Shown: in pieces, positions 30,507-40,089 of the stretch
Layout: each line of letters begins with the position of its first letter
How positions within the stretch are numbered: position 1 is the stretch's first letter
NCBI GenBank assembly: GCA_040754955.1
Contig: JBFMCA010000005.1
Span: forward strand, 24,523-88,522
Length of the DNA stretch: 64,000 bases
Origin: Acidobacteriota bacterium
GTDB taxonomy: Bacteria; Acidobacteriota; Vicinamibacteria; Vicinamibacterales; UBA2999
Direction of reading: 5' to 3'
The notes under the pieces: model-generated
Seen by the model: only the letters and a program-made list of their open reading frames with translations
The model's database searches: none
Told to the model about the DNA's origin: nothing
Position numbers and translations under genes: made by a program

Positions 30507-31232
30507 GTGTCTGACGGGTCCACGTTCTACAAGTCGTTCTCCGAGAAGAAGCTCACGGCGTACGGCAGCTCGCGGCGGGGCCGCATCGAGCGGCACCGCC
30601 TGTCGCTCGTCTCACGCGTCCGCACGCCGCCGGGGAAGCTGGTCGAGATCGGACCCGGCCACGGCACGCTCGGCGAGCTGGCCGTGGAGGCCGGCTGGCA
30701 GTACACCGCCATCGAGGCAAGCCCGATCCTCATCGACGTCCTCAGGCGCAAGGGCTTGACGGTCATCGAGGCCTGGACGCCGCCGTTTCCGCTGGCTGAT
30801 GACTCCGCGGACGTGATCTACGCCGACCAGGTGCTCGAGCACATGAGCGGCATCGACGCGGCGCGCCGGTTCACGGCGGAGGCCTTCCGGGCGCTGCGCC
30901 CCGGCGGCGTCTTCTTCGTGGTGGTGCCGGACTACCTCAAGGAACGCACGTTTTTCTGGGACGTGGACTACACGCACAACTTCGTGACGACCGAGCGGCG
31001 TGTCAGACAGCTCTTCAACGACAACGGGTTCGAGATCCGGCACGTCGAACGCGCCATTGGACTCGCCACCGGTGTGGCGCGCGACGCCCTGGCCGCGGCG
31101 GCGATCCTCGTCAACCTCCCCGGCGTGGACGCACTGTCGCGCCATACCCGGACCGAGGAGCTCGTGTTCAAGATTCGCAAGAACCTGTTCGAGACGCTGA
31201 CGTTCGTGGCCGTCAAGCCGCCCGTGCGGTGA
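30507..31232 (+). CDS. Class I SAM-dependent methyltransferase
   Basis: 241 aa with GTG start. Motif I LVEIGPGHG. Post-I acidic residue and Methyltransf_11-like core (DVIYADQVLEHM). Confidence 0.8.
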   Translation: MSDGSTFYKSFSEKKLTAYGSSRRGRIERHRLSLVSRVRTPPGKLVEIGPGHGTLGELAVEAGWQYTAIEASPILIDVLRRKGLTVIEAWTPPFPLADDSADVIYADQVLEHMSGIDAARRFTAEAFRALRPGGVFFVVVPDYLKERTFFWDVDYTHNFVTTERRVRQLFNDNGFEIRHVERAIGLATGVARDALAAAAILVNLPGVDALSRHTRTEELVFKIRKNLFETLTFVAVKPPVR

Positions 31233-32197
31233 GCGATGTGCGCACGCTGCTGACGCGCGCCGCCGGGTCCACGCTGGCCCGGGTCCTCGTCACGGTCGGC
31301 ATCCTCGCCTACCTTGCCTCCCGCATCGACATGGGCGACGCGGCGCGCGCCGTCGTGTCGGTCCGGCCCGGCCACCTGGCGGCGGTGCTGGGTCTCGTCG
31401 CGGTGGATCGCGCGGTCATGGTGCTGCGGTGGCACCTGCTCCTCCGGGCAGCCGGCACACCGATCGGCGGGGCCGAGTCGGCCCGCATCTTCCTGGTCAG
31501 CGCGTTCGTCGGGAGCTTCCTCCCGGCCGGCATCGGCGGCGACGCGGCCCGGGCCTACAGCCTGGCCGCCCGCACCGCGCAGGGCAGCGAGGCGGTCGCG
31601 TCGGTCGTGGTGGACCGGCTCCTCGGCGTGCTGTCGCTCGGGACGATTGGCGCGCTCGGGGCCGTCCTGTGGTCGCCGTCGGTGGGCGGCGTGTGGCAGA
31701 GCGTCGCGGCCGTGACGCTCGTCGTCGGTGCCTGTCTCGCCGCGTTCTGGGCGAGCCCGCTCGTCCGCGCGCTCCTGCCGGCGCGGCTGGCGCACGGTGC
31801 CGCCCTGCGCCTGCCGCTCAAGGTGGCCGACGCGGTCGGGCGATACCGCGATCGCCGAGGCGTGCTGGCCGCCGTCATGGCCTGGTCGATCGTCGTGCAG
31901 GTGCTCCGCATCGTCCAGGCGTACCTGCTGGGCCTGGGCCTCGGCATTGACGTCGCCTTCGGCTACTACCTGCTCTTCATGCCGGTGGGCCTGCTCATGC
32001 TGCTGCTCCCGGTCTCGGTGAGCGGCTTCGGCCTGCCCCAGGGCGTCATCGTCTGGCTGCTCCGCCCGGTCGGGGTGGCCGATGAGCTGTCGTTCGCGCT
32101 GTCGACGCTCATCGTGGTTACGGGCCTGGCAGGCAACCTGCCGGGCATGCTGCTGTGGCTCGGGGGCCGGCGGCCGCCGCCTCGGATCACCGGCTGA
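31229..32197 (+). CDS. UPF0104 / lysyl-PG-synthase-TM-type (flippase-like) membrane protein
   Basis: 322 aa. GTG start in a GTGA overlap. Motif LRWHLLL...FVGSFLPAGIGGDAARA...VDRLLGV. Confidence 0.8.
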   Translation: MSDVRTLLTRAAGSTLARVLVTVGILAYLASRIDMGDAARAVVSVRPGHLAAVLGLVAVDRAVMVLRWHLLLRAAGTPIGGAESARIFLVSAFVGSFLPAGIGGDAARAYSLAARTAQGSEAVASVVVDRLLGVLSLGTIGALGAVLWSPSVGGVWQSVAAVTLVVGACLAAFWASPLVRALLPARLAHGAALRLPLKVADAVGRYRDRRGVLAAVMAWSIVVQVLRIVQAYLLGLGLGIDVAFGYYLLFMPVGLLMLLLPVSVSGFGLPQGVIVWLLRPVGVADELSFALSTLIVVTGLAGNLPGMLLWLGGRRPPPRITG

Positions 32198-32253
32198 GCG
32201 ACCTCCGTTTTACGGCGCCGCGGAAAACCTGTAAGATCGAGAGCGCACCTCGA

Positions 32254-33432
32254 ATGGCTCAGGTCTACGCGGCAAGATACCTGGCGAAGGCGGCTCTCAG
32301 CGCGCCCCGCGATCTCGTGCGGGCCGCGGTGGCGAAGTACACGCCCCTTCACCCGACCGTCCTCATCTTCCATTGTACGTTCGTCTGCGACGCGCGCTGC
32401 GAGATGTGCAGCAACTGGACGCGCGGCAACCGCAAGGAGGACATGACGCTCGAGCAGATCGAGCGCGCGTTCAGCTCGAATCTCTGGAAAGACATCGAGA
32501 ACGCGTCGCTCTCCGGCGGCGAGCCCACCACGCGGAACGACATGGTGGACATCTGCCGTGTGATGATCGACAAGTTCCCGAAGCTCCGCAAGCTCACGCT
32601 GAACACCACCGGGATCACCCATCACCGCGCCATCCCGATGATGACGGCGCTCGTCAAGCTGTGCCACGAGCGCGGGGTCATCTTCTCGACGCGCGTGTCG
32701 ATCGACGGCGTCGGCGACATGCACGCGAGCGTGCGGAACGTGAAGAAGGCGTTCGAGAAGGCCGGCAAGACGATTGCGGCCATGCAGGAGCTGCAGAAGA
32801 CCTATCCCTTCAACTTCGGGATCTCGTCGACGATCTTCTCGAAGAACCTCGAGGACGCCGACAACATCCTGGCGTGGGCGAAGAAGGAGAAACTCGACAT
32901 CGTCTTCAACATGGTGCGCTTCACCGACGCCATGCTGGGCAACGGCGAGCTCGAGGGCAAGTACCGCCCTATGGGTCCCGAGGAGCAGCGGATGCGGCAG
33001 TTCTTCCTCGACCGCGTCCGGCAGGATCCGCTGCTCGACGGGCAGAACTACATCTACATGCACTACGCGGACATGATCGCCAACGGGTACCACCGGACGG
33101 CGCCGTGCCCGTTTCAGACGCAGGGCGTGATGCTCAACCCGAACGGCGACCTGTTCTTCTGCGAGAACAGCGACGTCGTGGGCAACGTCACGACCGAGGA
33201 TCCCGAGGCCATCTACTTCCGCGAGGCCGCGCAGGCCCACCGGCGCGACATCCGGGACGAGAGGTGCCCGACCTGCCTGAGCCCCTGCCAGATGAACGTG
33301 GCGGCCATCAAGCAGGTCGTGCCCTACGCCCGGTTCCTGGTGCGCGCGTCCATCGAGAAGCGCCGCGTGCCGGCGCCGGCGCCGCCGCCTCAGGCCATGC
33401 CAGCCGAGGCACACACTCCGCCGGCCCCCTGA
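32254..33432 (+). CDS. Radical SAM enzyme with SPASM/twitch-like C-terminal Cys cluster
   Basis: 392 aa from ATG 32254. CxxxCxxC = CDARCEMC, and GGEP motif (LSGGEPT). C-terminal C-x17-C (containing GDLFFC) and CPTCLSPC. Confidence 0.85.
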   Translation: MAQVYAARYLAKAALSAPRDLVRAAVAKYTPLHPTVLIFHCTFVCDARCEMCSNWTRGNRKEDMTLEQIERAFSSNLWKDIENASLSGGEPTTRNDMVDICRVMIDKFPKLRKLTLNTTGITHHRAIPMMTALVKLCHERGVIFSTRVSIDGVGDMHASVRNVKKAFEKAGKTIAAMQELQKTYPFNFGISSTIFSKNLEDADNILAWAKKEKLDIVFNMVRFTDAMLGNGELEGKYRPMGPEEQRMRQFFLDRVRQDPLLDGQNYIYMHYADMIANGYHRTAPCPFQTQGVMLNPNGDLFFCENSDVVGNVTTEDPEAIYFREAAQAHRRDIRDERCPTCLSPCQMNVAAIKQVVPYARFLVRASIEKRRVPAPAPPPQAMPAEAHTPPAP

Positions 33433-33450
33433 GGGCCGCCGCGCGGCCGC

Positions 33451-34149
33451 ATGGCACGTCTCAGCGTCTTCGTGCCCGTCTACAACGAACGGGCGACGAT
33501 CCTCGAACTGCTCACGCGCGTCGTGGCGGTCGACATCCCGGGCGTTTCGCTCGAGGTGCTGGTGGGCGACGACGGGTCCACCGACGGCACGCGCGATCTG
33601 CTCGCGGCATACGCCCACCCCTCGGTGAGCATCGAATTCATGCCCGCCAACGTCGGGCGGGGCGGCGTCCTCAAGCACCTCTGGCGGAAAGCCACCGGCG
33701 ACCTGTACGTGCACCAGGACGCCGATCTCGAGTACGACCCCCTGGACTACCGGCGGCTCGTGGCGCCGCTCCTCGCCGGCGAGGCCGACGTCGTCTACGG
33801 CAGCCGGTTCAAGGGCACCATCCAGGGCATGCGGTTCGCAAACCGCGTGGGCAACCTCACGATGACCGCGGCCTGCTCGCTGCTCTACGGCGTCCAGCTG
33901 ACGGACCTGATGACCTGTTACAAGATGTATCGCGCCGACCTGACCCGCGGCCTGTCGGTCAGGGCCAACGGCTTCGACTTCGAGGCCGAGTTCACCGCCC
34001 GGCTCGCCCAGCGCGGGGCGCGTTTCGCCGAGGTGCCGGTGAGCTTTCACGGCCGGACGTTCGAGGAGGGCAAGAAGATTCGCGCGTTCGACGCCGTTCG
34101 TGTCATGCGCGAGCTGCTGCGCTGTCGATTCACCGCGGAGGTCTCATGA
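33451..34149 (+). CDS. Glycosyltransferase family 2 (Dpm1/polyprenyl-phosphate sugar synthase-like, soluble)
   Basis: 232 aa. VFVPVYNE and DDGSTDGT motifs. DAD (DxD) motif in QDADLEYDP. Confidence 0.85.
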   Translation: MARLSVFVPVYNERATILELLTRVVAVDIPGVSLEVLVGDDGSTDGTRDLLAAYAHPSVSIEFMPANVGRGGVLKHLWRKATGDLYVHQDADLEYDPLDYRRLVAPLLAGEADVVYGSRFKGTIQGMRFANRVGNLTMTAACSLLYGVQLTDLMTCYKMYRADLTRGLSVRANGFDFEAEFTARLAQRGARFAEVPVSFHGRTFEEGKKIRAFDAVRVMRELLRCRFTAEVS

Positions 34150-35114
34150 GCCCTCGGTCGCGACCCATGATTGGCGTCATCCTCGCCGCGGGCCGGGGCT
34201 CGCGGATGTACCCGTTTACCGAAGACCTCCCGAAGCCGATCCTGCCCATCGGCAATCGGCCGCTCCTCGGATTCCAGCTCGAGCAAATGCGCATGCTCGG
34301 CATCGAGGACGTCTACATCGTCGTCGGCCATCTGGGCATCCGCATCGTGCACGCGCTCGGCGACGGCCGGGAGTACGGCGTGCGTCTCCACTACGTCGAG
34401 CAGCACGACACGCTCGGACTGGCCCACGCGCTCGGCATGCTCGAGCCCTATCTCGAACAGCCCTTCCTGCTCTTCCTGGGCGACATCTACTTTCGGAGCC
34501 GTGCGATGGTCCGCGCGCTCGACCGCGTCCGCGACGGCGAGGCCGCCGCGGTGCTGCTCAGCAAGGTGGAGCCGGATCCCGAGATGATCCGGCGGAACTT
34601 CGTGATTCTGGCCGACGATGGCGGACGGGTGCATCGCGTCATCGAGAAGCCGCGGCACGCGCGATCGCAGCTCAAGGGCTGCGGGCTGTATGTGTTCGAC
34701 GCGCACATCTTCGACGCCATACGCCGCACGCCGCGCACGGCGCTTCGCGACGAGTACGAGATCACCGAGAGCATCCAGATCCTCATCGAGGACGGCGAGG
34801 TCGTGCGCCACGAGGCCGTCATCGACGCCGACTACAACCTGACCAGGCCCGAGGACCTGCTCGTCATCAACCTGCTCGAGCTGGAGCGGCTGGGCGTCGA
34901 CTCGCTCATCGGCGCAGGCGCGCAGCTCGCGCCCGGCACCGTCGTCGAGCGAAGCGTCATCGGCCCTGGCGCGGTCATCCGCCATCCGATTGAGATCCGC
35001 GAGACGGTGATCTTCCCCGGCGTCGTCATCGACACGCCCCGCAACCTGCGGCACATGGTCATCGACTCGGCGAATGCCGTGCCCGCGTCACCCGGCGGGG
35101 TGCTGGGCGCATGA
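34146..35114 (+). CDS. Sugar-1-phosphate nucleotidyltransferase with C-terminal left-handed beta-helix
   Basis: 322 aa from ATG 34146 (ATGA overlap). GVILAAGRGSRMYPFT...PKPILPI signature. Hexapeptide-like C-terminus. Confidence 0.85.
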   Translation: MSPRSRPMIGVILAAGRGSRMYPFTEDLPKPILPIGNRPLLGFQLEQMRMLGIEDVYIVVGHLGIRIVHALGDGREYGVRLHYVEQHDTLGLAHALGMLEPYLEQPFLLFLGDIYFRSRAMVRALDRVRDGEAAAVLLSKVEPDPEMIRRNFVILADDGGRVHRVIEKPRHARSQLKGCGLYVFDAHIFDAIRRTPRTALRDEYEITESIQILIEDGEVVRHEAVIDADYNLTRPEDLLVINLLELERLGVDSLIGAGAQLAPGTVVERSVIGPGAVIRHPIEIRETVIFPGVVIDTPRNLRHMVIDSANAVPASPGGVLGA

Positions 35115-36040
35115 CGCGTCTCGGTCACGCGCTGGTGACCGGCGGCGCGGGCTTCATCGGATCGCACCTGGCACGGGCGCTCGTCGCGGGCGGCAGCGCT
35201 GTCACGGTGCTCGACAACCTCTCCACCGGCCGGCGCGACAACGTCCCGGACGGCGCGCGGCTCATCGTAGGAGACGTCCGCTCCGATGCGGATGTCCGGT
35301 CGGCGCTCGAAGGCGTCGACGTGGTGTTCCACCTGGCCGCGCAGGTCACCATTCGCGGCAGCTTCGACCGCTGCCGCGAGGACCTCGAGACGAACCTTCT
35401 CGGTACGGTCACCCTCATCCGTGCCATCCCGAAAGGCCAGGTCCGCTGGCTCACGCTCGCCTCGTCGATGGCGGTGTACGCGGATGCCGAGACGCCCCGG
35501 CCGGTGCCGGAATCGCACCCGACACTCCCCCTCTCGCCGTACGGCGTCGGCAAGCTGGCCGCCGAACGCGTGGCCGGGCTGCTGCTGGCCGAGTTGGGCG
35601 TGCCGCTGAGCGTGGTGCGGTACTTCAATACCTACGGTCCCGGCCAGGCCTACACGCCCTACGTCGGCGTGATGACGATCTTCACCACGGAACTGCTCCG
35701 CGGCGCGCCCTTCATCCGCGTCTTCGGCGACGGCGAGCAGACGCGCGATTTCACGCACGTCGGCGACATCGTCGCGGGCACCCTGGCCACAGTCGGCCGG
35801 CCCCCCGGGACGTTCAACCTCGGCACGGGGGTCGGCACGACGGTGAACGCCCTGGCGCGGATGCTCCGAGACCGGCTCTCGCCGGCAACGGGGATCCGGC
35901 ACGTGCCGGCGCATCCCGGTGAGCTTCGCTACTCGATTGCCGATATCACCCGGGCGAGGGAGGCGCTCGGGTACGCGCCCGCGCACCGGCTGTCCGACGA
36001 CGTCGACGACGTCGTCGCCAGCGTGCGGGAGCGGTTGTAG
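35111..36040 (+). CDS. NAD-dependent epimerase/dehydratase (UDP-glucose 4-epimerase-like SDR)
   Basis: 309 aa with ATGA overlap. VTGGAGFIGSHL and YGVGK motifs. Confidence 0.9.
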   Translation: MTRLGHALVTGGAGFIGSHLARALVAGGSAVTVLDNLSTGRRDNVPDGARLIVGDVRSDADVRSALEGVDVVFHLAAQVTIRGSFDRCREDLETNLLGTVTLIRAIPKGQVRWLTLASSMAVYADAETPRPVPESHPTLPLSPYGVGKLAAERVAGLLLAELGVPLSVVRYFNTYGPGQAYTPYVGVMTIFTTELLRGAPFIRVFGDGEQTRDFTHVGDIVAGTLATVGRPPGTFNLGTGVGTTVNALARMLRDRLSPATGIRHVPAHPGELRYSIADITRAREALGYAPAHRLSDDVDDVVASVRERL

Positions 36041-36057
36041 CCATGATGGCCCGGGTA

Positions 36058-38103
36058 TCACCGGGCGACGGCGTACAGCGTCACACTTGCGTTTCGAAAC
36101 AGCGGCGGGAACAGGTCCGGGCGCGCGTCGAGGCGTGCCTCGATGCGATCGTAGTGCCGCCGCTCCGGTGGGCCGACGAGCAGCACGTCGATGCCCATCC
36201 GGTGGGCGACGGCCCACGCCTCCTGGGCGTTCGCCCGGTACACCCCGTCACGAACGAGCGAGCTGGCGTCTTCGTACGGCCGGAGCGGAATCATCGCAAT
36301 CGGCAGCCCGGCTGCCATTCGACGACCCGCAAAGGCCGGCAGGTATCCCCAGGTGGCCGGGTTGCGGCACCAGGGCTCGACCTGGACCCGGGCGTCGGGC
36401 GGGGTGTTGGCCCTCAGCCAGTCGAGGGCTTCCACCTCCGGGTGCGTCAGCACGAGCGTCCAGGGGAAGCCCGAGGCCTCGGCTCGGTTGGACGTGTCCT
36501 GCGCGTTGTAGACGTCGATGGCGACCGTCGGGGTGGCGGCAAGGCACAGCGCGGCCGCCAGGCCCAGACCGGCCGTCCGCACCAGGCGCCCCCCGCGCGC
36601 CACCCACGCCAGCCCGATCGCCGTCAGCACCGTGAACGAGACGAAGAGCAGGTGCCCGGCGCGCCAGCCGACCCACACACCGCCCATGTCGGGCACGTCC
36701 ACCAGAAAGTAGGCCGCCAGACTGACCACGACCAGCGCGACGACTGGAAGAACGTCCCGCCGCCGCTCCCGGACGACCGCGACGAGGCCGCCCATCCCGA
36801 GGATCAGCATGGGCCCGAAGCTCAGGAGCAAGGCCAGCGGCCACTGCCGGAGCGCGACGTAATTGGGGCCGAATCGCATCAGATCGGCGCCGCCCTCGAC
36901 GTAGCGCAGGCCGTTCGCGAGGATGTAGGCGGCGGCCGCTGGCAACGCGCCCGAGACGGCTGCGACCGTCAGGCCGCGCCAGTCCGCAGCCGTGACGAGT
37001 CGGATCGCGTACACGACGGCCACTGCCGCGCCGAGGACGATCGCGATGAAGCTGCTGAACAGCAGCGACAGCCCGAGCAAGACGCCGGCCGCCAGCGCGA
37101 CCTCGGCGCGGCCGATATCGTGGACCTGCCGGAGCAGCAGGAGCGCCGTCAGGCCCGACGCGTAGCCCATGAGGTGGTGGGGCTGGTAGAGGAGCATCCG
37201 GTGGAGCCCGTCCACCGGCATCCCGCCGAGCATCCAGCGTGTGATGGCGTCGATGTTCAGCGTGCGCAGCAGATCGAACGGCGCGTGGAGGCGCCAGAGC
37301 GCGTAGATCTGATGCACGCCCTCGTAGCTGTTGGCCAGGAACACTGCGGCCACCGCCGCGGCCACCGCGCCGGTGCTGGCCACGAAGTGGCGGACGAACA
37401 CGAACAGGAAGCCCACAAACAGCAGACTCGTGCCGATCGAGTTCGCAATCAGCACCTGCTCGGCCATCAGCCGCCCGTTCCAGATGCGGAACTCGGCGGC
37501 CGACAGAAAATGCGACAGCCAGTAGTACCGCAGCGGCTCGTTGGCCAGAAACGGATTCTGCGGCGGGACATCGCCCTTGCTCACCTCCTCGACGACGGTC
37601 ATGGCCCAGACGAAGTCGGCCGTGAAATAGGCGCGGTACGCGCGGCCGTCGCCCACCTCGGCCCCGATGTTGGCAAATGGCAGGAGCGTCACGAGCGGCA
37701 CGAGCAGAAGGAGCAGGATGGCCGCGAGGGCGTCCCTGCGCGTGAGCCGCGGCAGCTCGGCCTCGCGCCCGACGGCGTCGATCGGCATCCACGCGAGAAG
37801 CGCCACCACGAGCGGCGGGAGCGCCAGCAGCGGCCACGACCTGAGGCCCAGCAGCCACAGGTACAGCATGAGAAACACGCAGGCGACGTAGCCGAGCATC
37901 GGACCGATGCCGAGGGCGACGGCCCTGCCACCGACGGCGTGGCGGTACACGCGGCGCGCCACGAGCCAGCCCGGCAGAGCGAACCAGACGAAGACTGCCA
38001 GCTGGACCACTCCCGGTCCCAGCGGCATGGTCCACGCGAGTTCGACGATGACGAGGGCGGCGGCCACGACCGCCGCCGCGACAATGGCAGTCCGAGGGGG
38101 CAC
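36058..38103 (-). CDS. Polytopic membrane protein, GT-C-like glycosyltransferase or polymerase candidate
   Basis: 681 aa with GTG start; ATG at 38028 is an alternative. About 14 hydrophobic segments. EPLRYYWLSHF loop motif. About 170-aa soluble C-terminus. Function is inferred only. Confidence 0.45.
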   Translation of the reverse strand: MPPRTAIVAAAVVAAALVIVELAWTMPLGPGVVQLAVFVWFALPGWLVARRVYRHAVGGRAVALGIGPMLGYVACVFLMLYLWLLGLRSWPLLALPPLVVALLAWMPIDAVGREAELPRLTRRDALAAILLLLLVPLVTLLPFANIGAEVGDGRAYRAYFTADFVWAMTVVEEVSKGDVPPQNPFLANEPLRYYWLSHFLSAAEFRIWNGRLMAEQVLIANSIGTSLLFVGFLFVFVRHFVASTGAVAAAVAAVFLANSYEGVHQIYALWRLHAPFDLLRTLNIDAITRWMLGGMPVDGLHRMLLYQPHHLMGYASGLTALLLLRQVHDIGRAEVALAAGVLLGLSLLFSSFIAIVLGAAVAVVYAIRLVTAADWRGLTVAAVSGALPAAAAYILANGLRYVEGGADLMRFGPNYVALRQWPLALLLSFGPMLILGMGGLVAVVRERRRDVLPVVALVVVSLAAYFLVDVPDMGGVWVGWRAGHLLFVSFTVLTAIGLAWVARGGRLVRTAGLGLAAALCLAATPTVAIDVYNAQDTSNRAEASGFPWTLVLTHPEVEALDWLRANTPPDARVQVEPWCRNPATWGYLPAFAGRRMAAGLPIAMIPLRPYEDASSLVRDGVYRANAQEAWAVAHRMGIDVLLVGPPERRHYDRIEARLDARPDLFPPLFRNASVTLYAVAR

Positions 38104-38105
38104 GA

Positions 38106-39293
38106 GTGGCCACCAGCATAACGCAGCCAGCGGCGCCGATCGCGGACGCCCGCGCGCACATCCCCTCGCTCGACGGGCTGCGGGGCATCGCGATCCTGTT
38201 CGTGATGGTGCACCACTACACCATCATCGAGCCCGCCTCGGCCCTCGACGCCGCCGTGGTGCGCTACCTGACGGTGGGCTGGGCCGGTGTGGATCTGTTC
38301 TTCGTGCTGTCGGGCTTCCTCATCACCGGGCTCCTCTACGACGACCGCGGCGCGCCGGGCTACTTCCGGCGCTTCTACGCGCGCCGCACGCTCCGGATCT
38401 TCCCGCTGTACTACCTGGTGGTCTTCCTCTCGCTCGTCGTGCTTCCCCAGTGTCCCGACTGGTACCTGCTGCTCGTCGGCCCCGTCGATCTCGCGCCGGT
38501 GCACGAGGCGGCCTTCTGGCTCTACCTGTCGAACGTCTCGATCGCGATGCGCGAGGCGTTTCAGCACGGCATTCTCGGCGTGTCGTGGTCGCTCGCCATC
38601 GAGGAGCAGTTCTACCTCGTGTGGGCCCCCGTGGTGTGGTGGCTGGGCCGGCGCGAGCTCGTCGCGTTGTCAGTGGCGCTCATCGTTGCCGCGCCCGCGC
38701 TGCGTGCGCTGCTGCTGTACGCGGACGTGCACCACGTCGCGGTGTACGTCGCCACGCCGGCTCGCCTCGACGCCCTGGCCACCGGCGCGCTCGTCGCGCT
38801 GGTCGTACGCGGACCCGCGGGCGCGGTCCTGGGACGCTGGAGCCTGCGCGCCGCGGTGCTGCTGCTCGGCCTGGTCGTCGCCATGGTCTCGTGGGGCGAC
38901 AACAACTGGTGGGATGGCGGCATCACACAGCGAGTCGGCTACACCCTCATCGCCCTCGCCGCCGGCGCGACGGTCTGCCACCTCGTCACCTCCGGAGCCA
39001 GCGGCCGCCTGGCACGGGCCCTCAGCGGCGGCGTGCTCGGAACGTTCGGCAAGTACAGCTACGCACTGTATCTGGTTCACCTGCCGGTGATGCGGATGGC
39101 GCGCGAGTTCGTCTTCGACCCGCGGCTGGCGCCCGCCGTCGGCTCGTCGCAGCTCCCGGCGCAGGCGCTGTTCTACGTGGTGGCCGGGCTGCCGGCGCTC
39201 GCACTGGGATGGGCGTCGTGGCGGTGGTTCGAGGAGCCGATTCTCCGGCTGAAGCGCCACTTCCCCTACGGGCCGAGCCGGACAGCGGGCTGA
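38106..39293 (+). CDS. Acyltransferase family 3 (membrane O-acyltransferase)
   Basis: 395 aa with GTG start. IPSLDGLRGIAILFVMVHH signature. Polytopic. Confidence 0.85.
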   Translation: MATSITQPAAPIADARAHIPSLDGLRGIAILFVMVHHYTIIEPASALDAAVVRYLTVGWAGVDLFFVLSGFLITGLLYDDRGAPGYFRRFYARRTLRIFPLYYLVVFLSLVVLPQCPDWYLLLVGPVDLAPVHEAAFWLYLSNVSIAMREAFQHGILGVSWSLAIEEQFYLVWAPVVWWLGRRELVALSVALIVAAPALRALLLYADVHHVAVYVATPARLDALATGALVALVVRGPAGAVLGRWSLRAAVLLLGLVVAMVSWGDNNWWDGGITQRVGYTLIALAAGATVCHLVTSGASGRLARALSGGVLGTFGKYSYALYLVHLPVMRMAREFVFDPRLAPAVGSSQLPAQALFYVVAGLPALALGWASWRWFEEPILRLKRHFPYGPSRTAG

Positions 39294-39303
39294 CGCGCCG
39301 GGC

Positions 39304-40068
39304 TCACGCCCGGGTGCCGAACCCCATCAGGTGCCAGCCGAACCGGCGGACGAGCGGGCGCGGCAGCGCGTTGAACGCGCCCACGAATGCCGTGTTGAAG
39401 AGAGCCCCTTTCCAGCCCTTGTGGAGCCGCGACTTCACCGGGAACCGCTCCGGGACGATTCGAACATCGGCAAACGGGGCGAGCAACCCGCGGAACTCCT
39501 CGATAGAGAACATCCGGAGCACGGGCGCGTCCTCGTGCTCCAGCGCGACCTTCATCACCTTCGACAGCGCGTTCAGCCAGGACACCCGGTTGTAGACCAT
39601 GAAGATGCCGGTCCCGCCTGGCGCGAGCACGCGGTGACACTCGCGGACAAGGCGCGCAGGGTCGCTCGTGTACTGCACCACCCCGTGTGCGTATACGACG
39701 TCGAACGACGCGTCGGCAAACGGCAGCGCCTCCCCGTTGGCGACGCGCAGCTCGTCGGGCGTGAGCCCGTGCAGGGAGAAGTTGCGCGCCGCCAGATCGA
39801 TCGCGGTCTGCGACAGGTCCACGCCGGTGACGCGGGCGCCGCCCCTGGCGAAGCGCACCAGGTCGGTGCCAATGCCGCACCCGACCTCCAGCAGCCGGCG
39901 GCCCGCGAAGCCGTCGAAATCCACGAGCCGCGGCAGGTAGTGCAGCTTGTCGAACCTGTACTCGTCGAGGTCGTCGAAGAACTCACGGGTCCCGACCGGA
40001 TGGTCGGTCATGTCCAGGTCGTGGATGCGGGCGTTCCAGTAGCGCTGTATCTCGTCGATCACGGGCAT
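39304..40068 (-). CDS. Class I SAM-dependent methyltransferase
   Basis: 254 aa. Motif I LLEVGCGIGTD, and VTGVDLS. Confidence 0.85.
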   Translation of the reverse strand: MPVIDEIQRYWNARIHDLDMTDHPVGTREFFDDLDEYRFDKLHYLPRLVDFDGFAGRRLLEVGCGIGTDLVRFARGGARVTGVDLSQTAIDLAARNFSLHGLTPDELRVANGEALPFADASFDVVYAHGVVQYTSDPARLVRECHRVLAPGGTGIFMVYNRVSWLNALSKVMKVALEHEDAPVLRMFSIEEFRGLLAPFADVRIVPERFPVKSRLHKGWKGALFNTAFVGAFNALPRPLVRRFGWHLMGFGTRA

Positions 40069-40074
40069 CTATCG

Positions 40075-40080
40075 TACAAT
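40075..40080 (+). promoter_or_regulatory. -10-like TACAAT 9 nt upstream of ATG 40090
   Basis: It sits in a 21-nt divergent spacer. No SD. Confidence 0.3.
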
Positions 40081-40089
40081 GCCCCGCGG

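Noticed and set aside
31966-38121. Long ORFs 31966-34050 (minus), 32373-35114 (plus, 913 aa) and 36043-38121 (plus)
   Set aside because: Each is out of frame with, or antisense to, genes with strong motifs (radical SAM, GT2, membrane protein). Only the last third of 32373-35114 (from ATG 34146) is real, as the nucleotidyltransferase.
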